Made by a program: the position numbers and the translations under genes. From contig DASYRA010000001.1 in the NCBI GenBank assembly GCA_036004845.1, forward strand, positions 282-64,281: 64,000 nt of DNA, written 5' to 3'. Positions 1-17,056 of the stretch are shown one piece after another (the first letter of the stretch is position 1; each line of letters begins with the position of its first letter). The notes under the pieces are model-generated. The model saw only the letters and a list, made by a program, of their open reading frames with translations. It made no database searches and was not told the origin of the DNA. Origin of the DNA: Candidatus Limnocylindria bacterium (GTDB lineage: Bacteria > Chloroflexota > Limnocylindria > QHBO01).

Positions 1-1
1 C

Positions 2-3316
<3,315 letters not shown>

Positions 3317-3437
3317 CCCGGGGGGCGGCGTCGTGACGGCGTCGCACCCCACCCATCGGTCCATTTCGAGCCGGGGCCCGGTCAGCCCTGGCGTACCGCG
3401 CCAGAAGCGGCGTCAGCCGCAGGAGCCGTAGCCACTC

Positions 3438-7778
<4,341 letters not shown>

Positions 7779-7784
7779 TCCGGG

Positions 7785-7812
7785 GGGCGCCTGGCGAGCT
7801 CGTCGGGCGCCC
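7785..7812 (+). terminator. GC hairpin just after rpoC stop (GGGCGCC-N14-GGCGCCC), no U-tract
   Basis: Arms 7785-7791 and 7806-7812 are complementary. The 3' arm coincides with the left target-site duplication of the island. Confidence 0.3.
7805..7812. repeat. Left copy of putative 8-bp target-site duplication GGGCGCCC
   Basis: Identical 8-mer at 10773-10780, immediately outside the two terminal inverted repeats. The 8-mer is itself palindromic. Confidence 0.6.
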
Positions 7813-7834
7813 GGTAGTGTCTCAGTTTGAGCGT
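7813..7834. repeat. Left terminal inverted repeat GGTAGTGTCTCAGTTTGAGCGT
   Basis: Exact reverse complement of 10751-10772. Confidence 0.9.
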
Positions 7835-7877
7835 CGGAATGCTTGACCCCCTCCCGCTCGGGCCTCATGCTTGAGGG

Positions 7878-8114
7878 GTGAAGAAACGCAAGATGCCACG
7901 CGATCCGAACCAGCTCGCCAAGATGATCGTAGACATGACGCTGCATGAGGACGAGCCGGAATCTCCCGAGCGGGTTAAGGACCCGGCGTCGGTGGAGCTG
8001 GGTCGTCAGGGCGGTCTCATTGGTGGACCCAGGCGGGCAGCGAAGCTCAGTCCTGAACGCCGGAGCGAGATCGCGCGGAAGGCAGCGGCTGCTCGATGGG
8101 GCAAGCAGGCGTAA
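7878..8114 (+). CDS. Small basic hypothetical protein (78 aa; cargo)
   Basis: ORF inside the island. Start is GTG 7878 or ATG 7893. C-terminal motif GGLIGGPRRAAKLSPERRSEIARKAAAARW. Family not recognised. Confidence 0.5.
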   Translation: MKKRKMPRDPNQLAKMIVDMTLHEDEPESPERVKDPASVELGRQGGLIGGPRRAAKLSPERRSEIARKAAAARWGKQA

Positions 8115-8144
8115 TCTTACTGGCCGCAAGTTTACGGATTCCGC

Positions 8145-8173
8145 TTGACACTCTCTACGCCCGGCCGTAGACT
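8145..8173 (+). promoter_or_regulatory. Sigma70-like promoter TTGACA-N17-TAGACT upstream of the 243-aa ORF
   Basis: -35 TTGACA at 8145-8150 and -10 TAGACT at 8168-8173. Followed by hairpin ACTCCTG...CAGGAGT, then AGGAG (8192-8196) 7 nt before ATG 8204. Confidence 0.4.
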
Positions 8174-8203
8174 CCTGTTCCCTTCGCTAGCAGGAGTTCG
8201 GCC

Positions 8204-8935
8204 ATGGCACCCACATATCGCTATCCGACCTACAACCTCGAATCCGCACTCGATGTAGCCCGACGCATCAACGATCGTGGAGCGGATGCCGTTCTATCAG
8301 CAGACGAACTTGCCGCTGTCCTCGGGTACAGCTCCAAGAACAATGGGGCCTTTCTCAGTCGCCTCGCAGCCGCTCGGCTTTTCGGTTTCCTGGAGGGACA
8401 GGCTGGCGCACTAACTGCGAGCGACCGCGCCGTAACGATCTTGCAGCCCGACTATCCCGAGAATGCAGATCGCGCGCGTCTGGCGGCTTTCAAGGGGGTA
8501 CCGCTGTTCGGCGCGTTCCTTGACGCATTTGGCGGGCGAGAGCTTTCTGATGATGCCGGGATGAAGAATGCGCTGATAACGCGATTCAAGATCCCTGCCA
8601 AAGAGGCTGGACCCATCCTGGCCCGCCTCATGGAATCTGCGGAACAGGCCGGTCTTTTCCGCGTCGCCGGAAACCGCACGCGGATGATTGAACCGACGAT
8701 CCGAGGCGGCACTCCTGCGCACACTAACGGGACAGGAGCCGAGCCCCCAAGCTCCCCACCGAAGGAAGAGCCGAAGCAGCTCGTGCAGGGCCTCCCCAAG
8801 ACAATCACGGGCGCGCTGGAATTGCTACCCGCTGGGCGAGAGTGGCAAGAGGATGAATACGCGGAGTGGCTGGCCTTCTTCGACATGGCCTGCCGTGTCT
8901 ACTACAAGCTCCCCCGAACAAAGGAGGCTGGATAG
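8204..8935 (+). CDS. Hypothetical protein, 243 aa, possible N-terminal winged-helix (cargo)
   Basis: ATG with AGGAG Shine-Dalgarno and balanced composition. N-terminus LSADELAAVLGYSSKNNGAFLSRLAAARLFGFLEG looks wHTH-like. Pro/Glu/Lys-rich linker, then an acidic/aromatic C-terminus. No family recognised. Confidence 0.7.
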   Translation: MAPTYRYPTYNLESALDVARRINDRGADAVLSADELAAVLGYSSKNNGAFLSRLAAARLFGFLEGQAGALTASDRAVTILQPDYPENADRARLAAFKGVPLFGAFLDAFGGRELSDDAGMKNALITRFKIPAKEAGPILARLMESAEQAGLFRVAGNRTRMIEPTIRGGTPAHTNGTGAEPPSSPPKEEPKQLVQGLPKTITGALELLPAGREWQEDEYAEWLAFFDMACRVYYKLPRTKEAG

Positions 8936-8937
8936 CG

Positions 8938-8985
8938 GGAACGGGCGGCCACGTTCGCTAGCAGGCTAACAAGGCCGCCCGTTCC
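8938..8985 (+). terminator. 13-bp-stem hairpin after the 243-aa ORF (GGAACGGGCGGCC ... GGCCGCCCGTTCC)
   Basis: Perfectly complementary arms at 8938-8950 and 8973-8985 with a 22-nt loop. No U-tract, so a terminator role is uncertain. Confidence 0.3.
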
Positions 8986-8992
8986 ACCGGAT

Positions 8993-9064
8993 GGGCCGCG
9001 CAGGTTCGCCACCAGAGGACTCTAGACCCGATGGTGACGGGTTCAACTCCCGTGCGGTCCACCA
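8993..9064 (+). ncRNA. tRNA-like / tmRNA-TLD-like element with alanine identity features (non-canonical, 72 nt)
   Basis: Acceptor stem GGGCCGC/GCGGTCC with G3-U70 wobble. Discriminator A and encoded CCA. T arm ACGGG-TTCAACT-CCCGT. No canonical D arm or anticodon stem could be folded. Confidence 0.35.
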
Positions 9065-9182
9065 CGCTCAAGCATCTTACAGCGGAGCACAAGGCTGAGT
9101 CTTGGCCCAATGGTCCCACCACCCGCGATCTCCTCAAGCATCGCGACAGACTGCTGTCACACTCCTCAAGCATTCTGTTCAC

Positions 9183-10019
9183 ATGAACAGGCTGAGCAGG
9201 ACCGAACGAGCGAAGATCATCCGTCTGCTGGTCGAAGGCAACAGCCTCCGTTCCGCGACCCGGATCACTGGCCGCTCCATCAACACGATCTCGAAGCTGC
9301 TGGTGAATCTCGGAGCGGCATGCGAGAAGTACCAGGACGAGCACCTGCGCGACCTGAGCAGTTCACGGATCGAGTGTGACGAGATATGGGCGTTCTGCCG
9401 AGCCAAGGCCCGCAACGTGCCCGACGAGCATCGGGGCGAGCCGGGCTGGGGTGACATCTGGACGTGGGTTGCCCACGATCCCGATACGAAGCTCGTCTCG
9501 ACTTGGCTGGTCGGGGACCGGGATGCGGAGTCAGCCAACGCATTCCTCGCAGACCTCGCCTCCCGGCTCCGCAACCGGGTACAGCTCACCACAGACGGCT
9601 ACCGCCCATACCTCGATGCAGTCGAGCGGGCATTCGGTCGGGACGTGGACTTCGCGCAGTTGGTGAAGTTCTACGGTACCGATCCGGCTGAGGACCGCAA
9701 GTTCAGCCCGCCGGTCGTCCTCTCCGAGGAGGTCCGCATCATTCAGGGCCAGCCGGACCCAGAGCGGATCAGCACGTCGGGCGTCGAGCGCCAGAACCTT
9801 ACGATGCGGATGGGGATGCGCCGCTTCACCCGTCTCACCAACGGCTTCTCAAAGAAGGCCGAGAATCACGCGGCAGCGATCAGCCTGCACTACATGTACG
9901 TCAACTTCGCGCGGCCCCACAAGAGCCTCGCCAACCCGTACCCCCGGACCCCAGCAATGGCGGCAGGGATCAGCGACCATATCTGGACCTGCGAGGAGAT
10001 CGCGAACCTGATCGACTGA
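9183..10019 (+). CDS. IS1-family transposase (single ORF, 278 aa)
   Basis: N-terminal HTH (RTERAKIIRLLVEGNSLRSATRITGRSINTISKLL). DDE-type blocks CDEIWAF, TTDGYRPY, VERQNLTMRMGMRRFTRLTNGFSKK parallel IS1 InsB (TDGWPLY, ERHNLNLRQ..SFSKS). ATG 9183 preferred over the track's TTG 9102. Confidence 0.9.
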   Translation: MNRLSRTERAKIIRLLVEGNSLRSATRITGRSINTISKLLVNLGAACEKYQDEHLRDLSSSRIECDEIWAFCRAKARNVPDEHRGEPGWGDIWTWVAHDPDTKLVSTWLVGDRDAESANAFLADLASRLRNRVQLTTDGYRPYLDAVERAFGRDVDFAQLVKFYGTDPAEDRKFSPPVVLSEEVRIIQGQPDPERISTSGVERQNLTMRMGMRRFTRLTNGFSKKAENHAAAISLHYMYVNFARPHKSLANPYPRTPAMAAGISDHIWTCEEIANLID

Positions 10020-10067
10020 CGTACAATGCTTGAGAGCGAGGCAACTATCGTCAAAGGAGGCAGGCTC

Positions 10068-10238
10068 GTGACTCAGGTTTCCCCTTGGCACTCCAAGCGC
10101 GTGACCGATCGCAACGTCTACCACGACAACAACAAGTGCACCGAAGGCAACAACATCGAGTCCTGGAATCGCGAGTCAGGTACCGACGGGCGTCCTAAGT
10201 GTGAGCATTGCGCTGACCTCGACGCGAAGGGCCAGTAG
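10068..10238 (+). CDS. Small Cys-containing (putative zinc-ribbon) protein, 56 aa (cargo)
   Basis: AAGGAGG (10054-10060) 7 nt before GTG 10068. Motifs VYHDNNKCTEGNNIE and GRPKCEHC. The track ORF starts earlier, at 10026. Confidence 0.55.
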   Translation: MTQVSPWHSKRVTDRNVYHDNNKCTEGNNIESWNRESGTDGRPKCEHCADLDAKGQ

Positions 10239-10530
10239 GAACGAACACCAGATCCCACCACGGCCCTGTCAACTCGCCGTCGTCCATTCGCCACACGCGG
10301 CGTAGTTGGTAAACGGGTAGGCCGTTCTGCAACGCTACGCCGAGGGCGACAATACCCTCGGCGTAGCTGCCTCTGAATCGCACGGTCGGCTCGGAGAACG
10401 CGTGGCCCTCGCCACCCTCGCACGATTCATACGTCGCAACTCCTGCCTTTTGGAGTATCACCACGGCTCGGGCTATCCCGGCATCTAGCTCCACATTGGC
10501 ACCATAGGAACAGGAGACTGAGTCATGCAT
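10195..10530 (-). CDS. Hypothetical protein, 111 aa (cargo)
   Basis: Protein-like composition with mixed A/T-ending codons (MHDSVSCSYGANVELDAGIARAVVILQKAGVATYESCEGGEGHAF...). Its 3' end overlaps the convergent ORF 10068-10238 by 44 nt. No clear SD. Confidence 0.45.
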   Translation of the reverse strand: MHDSVSCSYGANVELDAGIARAVVILQKAGVATYESCEGGEGHAFSEPTVRFRGSYAEGIVALGVALQNGLPVYQLRRVWRMDDGELTGPWWDLVFVPTGPSRRGQRNAHT

Positions 10531-10719
10531 GAATGGAAGTTCCCAGGCGTTTCAGGATTCCCCCCCGCTGATCCCGGCCCCATCATGGCGGAGATAGTGG
10601 TGGTGGCCGTTTGCAAGAAGTGCGGCACGATCCGCACCCAAAGCGTTCTAGGCACGAGCGGGGTCGGCCAAATCGATCTCAGCGGCAACTGCGACCTGCC
10701 AGCGCCCCTCGTCGGCTAA
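10525..10719 (+). CDS. Possible small ORF (64 aa, contains CKKCG); may be spurious
   Basis: The only open frame between the 111-aa ORF and the right IR. Its start overlaps the divergent ATG of 10195-10530. No SD seen. Confidence 0.2.
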   Translation: MHEWKFPGVSGFPPADPGPIMAEIVVVAVCKKCGTIRTQSVLGTSGVGQIDLSGNCDLPAPLVG

Positions 10720-10750
10720 GGCCGCTATCAATACCTGAAGCCCGTAATCC

Positions 10751-10772
10751 ACGCTCAAACTGAGACACTACC
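10751..10772. repeat. Right terminal inverted repeat ACGCTCAAACTGAGACACTACC
   Basis: Exact reverse complement of 7813-7834. Confidence 0.9.
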
Positions 10773-10780
10773 GGGCGCCC
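10773..10780. repeat. Right copy of putative 8-bp target-site duplication GGGCGCCC
   Basis: Identical to 7805-7812. Confidence 0.6.
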
Positions 10781-10787
10781 CGTTCGA

Positions 10788-10817
10788 TTGACACTCGTGC
10801 GGCGCGAACCGTATACT
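10788..10817 (+). promoter_or_regulatory. str-operon promoter candidate TTGACA-N18-TATACT
   Basis: Consensus -35 at 10788-10793 and -10 TATACT at 10812-10817. Lies 7 nt after the island's right TSD and ~150 nt upstream of rpsL. Confidence 0.5.
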
Positions 10818-10963
10818 CCGTCTTCGGTGTCCCGCTCGCGGGACGCCTTCGTGTGTGCCCTCCGGAGAGGGCGCCGTCAGCCCCTTGAGTGCCGGCCTCG
10901 GTTCGCCTCGCCATCACTCGACGCCGACGCACGATCAGCCATCGCAGTTTTGAGGTTCTTGGG

Positions 10964-11383
10964 TTGCCGACGATCAGCCAGCTGGTCCGCAAGGGCCGCA
11001 AGCCGGCCGGGCAGAAGGTGAAGGCACCGGCGCTGCGCCGTACCTTCAACACGCTCAAGCAGACCACCTCGGAGGGACGTGGCGCCCCGCAGCGCCGCGG
11101 CGTCTGCCTGCAGGTCATGACCCGCACCCCGAAGAAGCCGAACTCCGCGCTGCGCAAGGTCGCGCGCGTGCGCCTGACCAATGGGATGGAGGTGACCGCC
11201 TACATCCCCGGCGTCGGGCACAACCTGCAGGAGCACTCCGTGGTGCTGGTCCGCGGCGGGCGGGTCAAGGACCTGCCGGCGGTGAAGTACCACATCGTGC
11301 GTGGCACCCTCGACGCGGCCGGCGTCCGCGATCGGCGTCAGGGCCGCTCCAAGTACGGCGCCAAGTCGCCGGGCAAGGGCTAG
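10964..11383 (+). CDS. rpsL: 30S ribosomal protein S12
   Basis: TTG start gives (M)[12 protein letters not shown]... Conserved [20 protein letters not shown] and [21 protein letters not shown]. The upstream part of track ORF 10889.. is not S12-like. Confidence 0.95.
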   Translation: MPTISQLVRKGRKPAGQKVKAPALRRTFNTLKQTTSEGRGAPQRRGVCLQVMTRTPKKPNSALRKVARVRLTNGMEVTAYIPGVGHNLQEHSVVLVRGGRVKDLPAVKYHIVRGTLDAAGVRDRRQGRSKYGAKSPGKG

Positions 11384-11391
11384 CGCAGCCG

Positions 11392-11865
11392 ATGCCCCGC
11401 CGTCCCACCATCGCGCGCAAGACCAAGTACACCGAGCTGCTGGTCGGCACCGCGCTGACCCTCGACCAGTTCACCAACAAGCTGATGCACGGTGGCAAGC
11501 GCCAGCTCGCCGCGCGCATCCTCGAGGACGCGCTGGCCCGCTGCGAGAAGCAGGCGGGCCGCTCGGGAGTCGAGGTGATGGAGCTCGCCCTCCGCAATGC
11601 GATGCCGCTCATCGAGGTGAAGCCCAAGCGGGTCGGCGGCTCCACCTACCAGATCCCGGTCGAGGTTCGGGCGGACCGCCGCATCAGCCTCGGCATGCGC
11701 TGGCTGATCGAATCTGCCCGCAAGCGGAACGGACGCAGCATGGGGGAGAAGCTCGCGTCCGAGTTCATCGATGCCTCGAACGGCATCGGTGCAGCGGTCA
11801 AGCGCCGCGAGGATACCCACCGCATGGCGGAGGCCAACAAGGCCTTCAGCCACTTCAAGTGGTAG
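11392..11865 (+). CDS. rpsG: 30S ribosomal protein S7
   Basis: [10 protein letters not shown]..., [24 protein letters not shown]. str-operon position. Confidence 0.97.
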   Translation: MPRRPTIARKTKYTELLVGTALTLDQFTNKLMHGGKRQLAARILEDALARCEKQAGRSGVEVMELALRNAMPLIEVKPKRVGGSTYQIPVEVRADRRISLGMRWLIESARKRNGRSMGEKLASEFIDASNGIGAAVKRREDTHRMAEANKAFSHFKW

Positions 11866-11869
11866 GCCG

Positions 11870-13948
<2,079 letters not shown>

Positions 13949-13969
13949 AGGAGCGACGAAGGACACACC

Positions 13970-15172
<1,203 letters not shown>

Positions 15173-15179
15173 GTCGACG

Positions 15180-15488
15180 ATGGCCAAACAGCGCATCCGC
15201 ATTCGGCTCAAGGCGTACGACCACAAGCTGCTCGACCAGTCGGCCGAGCAGATCGTGGAGACGGCGCAGCGGACCGGTGCTGCCATCGCGGGGCCGGTGC
15301 CGCTGCCGACCCGGATCGAGAAGTACACGGTCATCCGCGGTCCGTTCGTCCACAAGGACGGGCGGGAGCAGTTCGAGATCCGGACGCACAAGCGGCTGAT
15401 CGACATCATCGACCCGTCGACCAAGACGGTGGATGCGCTGATGCGGCTGAGCCTGGCGGCAGGCGTCGACATCGAAATCAAGATGTGA
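15180..15488 (+). CDS. rpsJ: 30S ribosomal protein S10
   Basis: [21 protein letters not shown]... typical S10; first gene of the S10 operon. Confidence 0.97.
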   Translation: MAKQRIRIRLKAYDHKLLDQSAEQIVETAQRTGAAIAGPVPLPTRIEKYTVIRGPFVHKDGREQFEIRTHKRLIDIIDPSTKTVDALMRLSLAAGVDIEIKM

Positions 15489-16132
15489 GTGGGGATACGA
15501 GAGAAGCAGTGGCGGCAGGATTGATCGGGCGCAAGCTCGGAATGACGCGAATCTTCGGTGACGACGGGAGCGTCGTGCCGGTCAGCGTCATCGAGGCCAC
15601 GCCCAACAGCGTCACGCGGCTCCGCACGGCGGAGCGGGACGGCTATGCCGCCCTGCAGGTCGGCGCCGGCACCGCCAAGCGCCAGAGCAAGCCGGTCGCC
15701 GGCCAGTTCAAGGAGCTCGACAAGGAGCTGCAGCAGCCGCGCCACGTCCGCGAGTTCCGGGTCGAGTCGACGGAGGGCTACGAGCTCGGCCAGCGGCTCG
15801 ACGTCAGCCTCTTCGCAGCCGGCGACCTCGTCGACGTGACGGGGGTGAGCAAGGGCCATGGCTTCACCGGCACCATCGCCCGGCACCACTTCAAGCGCGG
15901 CCCCAAGACGCACGGCTCGACGAACATCCGCCAGCCCGGGTCGATCGGCGCCGGCACGACGCCGGGCCGGGTCTTCCGCGGAACGCGGATGGGCGGCCAC
16001 ATGGGTGACGATCGGGTGACCGTCAAGAAGCTCCAGGTCGTCAAGGTCGACGCCGAGCGCAACCTGATCCTGGTCAAGGGCGCCGTCCCCGGCGCCCGCA
16101 ACGCCGTCCTGCTCGTGCAGAAGGCGAAGTGA
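15485..16132 (+). CDS. rplC: 50S ribosomal protein L3
   Basis: [26 protein letters not shown] start overlaps the rpsJ stop (GTGA). Confidence 0.95.
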   Translation: MSGDTREAVAAGLIGRKLGMTRIFGDDGSVVPVSVIEATPNSVTRLRTAERDGYAALQVGAGTAKRQSKPVAGQFKELDKELQQPRHVREFRVESTEGYELGQRLDVSLFAAGDLVDVTGVSKGHGFTGTIARHHFKRGPKTHGSTNIRQPGSIGAGTTPGRVFRGTRMGGHMGDDRVTVKKLQVVKVDAERNLILVKGAVPGARNAVLLVQKAK

Positions 16133-16758
16133 CGATGGACCAGGCGCCGATCCTCAACGTCAGCGGCTCCGAGGCCGGCAAGGTCGACCTCGCCCCGTCG
16201 CTTTTCGCCGCCCCGGTGAACGAGGCGCTCATCCACCAGGCGGTCGTCCGCCAGCTGGCCGGTCAGCACCTCGGCACGGCCGACACGCTGACCCGCGGCC
16301 GGGTGCGCGGCGGCGGCAGGAAGCCATGGCGCCAGAAGGGGACCGGCCGCGCCCGACAGGGGACGCGCTCGGCCCCGCAATGGAAGGGCGGCGGCGTCGT
16401 CTTCGGGCCGCACCCGCGCGGCTACGAGCAGCGCATGCCGGCCAAGATGCGCCGCGCCGCGCTGCAGGGCGTCCTGAGCGGCAAGGCCGACGACGGCGCG
16501 CTGCGGGTGGTCGAGGGATTCGGCCTCGAGACGATGGGAACCAAGGCCTTCGCCGAGCGGCTGGTCGCCTGGAAGACGGAGGGCAAGGTGCTGGTGGTGC
16601 TGCCGGCGCGCGACCCGGTCGTCGAGCGCTCGTGCCGCAACCTGCGCGAGGTGCGCGTCCTGCTGGCCGACAGCCTGAACGTGGTCGACCTGCTGGAGGC
16701 GGACACGATCGTCTTCACCGCCGATGCGCTGGCGCGCGCCCAGGAGGTGTACGGATGA
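16129..16758 (+). CDS. rplD: 50S ribosomal protein L4
   Basis: [19 protein letters not shown] motif. GTGA overlap with rplC; an alternative ATG lies at 16135. Confidence 0.95.
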   Translation: MTMDQAPILNVSGSEAGKVDLAPSLFAAPVNEALIHQAVVRQLAGQHLGTADTLTRGRVRGGGRKPWRQKGTGRARQGTRSAPQWKGGGVVFGPHPRGYEQRMPAKMRRAALQGVLSGKADDGALRVVEGFGLETMGTKAFAERLVAWKTEGKVLVVLPARDPVVERSCRNLREVRVLLADSLNVVDLLEADTIVFTADALARAQEVYG

Positions 16759-17051
16759 CCGCCGTCAGCATGCACGACATCCTCATCCGACCCGTGATCA
16801 GCGAGAAGAGCGTCGCCGAGACCGAGCGCAACAACTACACCTTCATGGTCGGGCGGGATGCCAACAAGTTCCAGATCAAGGACGCGGTCGAGGCCGAGTT
16901 CAAGGTGACCGTCCTCGGCGTGCGCGTGCTCTGGGTCAAGCCCAAGCAGAAGCGTCGCGGCCGTCGACAGATGGGAACCGTGCCCGGCTGGCGCAAGGCG
17001 GTGGTCACCATCGCCGCCGGGCAGAAGATCGAACTCTTCGAGGCCGTGTAA
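16755..17051 (+). CDS. rplW: 50S ribosomal protein L23
   Basis: [19 protein letters not shown]... ATGA overlap with rplD. In-frame internal start of track ORF 16326..17051. Confidence 0.95.
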   Translation: MTAVSMHDILIRPVISEKSVAETERNNYTFMVGRDANKFQIKDAVEAEFKVTVLGVRVLWVKPKQKRRGRRQMGTVPGWRKAVVTIAAGQKIELFEAV

Positions 17052-17056
17052 CGCCG

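Larger units (their letters stand above)
7813..10772 (+). mobile_element. IS1-family transposable element carrying passenger genes (2960 bp)
   Basis: Perfect 22-bp terminal inverted repeats and flanking 8-bp direct repeat. Ends GGTAGTG fit the IS1-family GGnnnTG termini. Contains an IS1-type transposase. A/T-ending codons are clearly more frequent than in the flanks. Confidence 0.75.

Noticed and set aside
9020-9026. CTCTAGA within the tRNA-like element read as an anticodon loop with anticodon CUA (amber suppressor).
   Set aside because: The flanking bases (GAGGA / CCCGA) form at most two pairs, so there is no anticodon stem. The loop assignment depends entirely on counting back from the T arm.
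9164-10035. A smaller IS defined by the inverted pair cCTCAAGCATT / AATGCTTGAGa tightly bracketing the transposase ORF.
   Set aside because: Only ~10-11 bp match, I found no flanking direct repeat, and the termini lack the GGnnnTG signature. I kept it as a motif observation rather than an element boundary.
7805-10780. The 30-bp inverted repeats read as the boundaries of an invertible (phase-variable) DNA segment controlling rpsL.
   Set aside because: No invertase or site-specific recombinase is encoded in or near the segment. The outer 8 bp behave as a direct (palindromic) target duplication, and the ends fit the IS1-family GGnnnTG termini.
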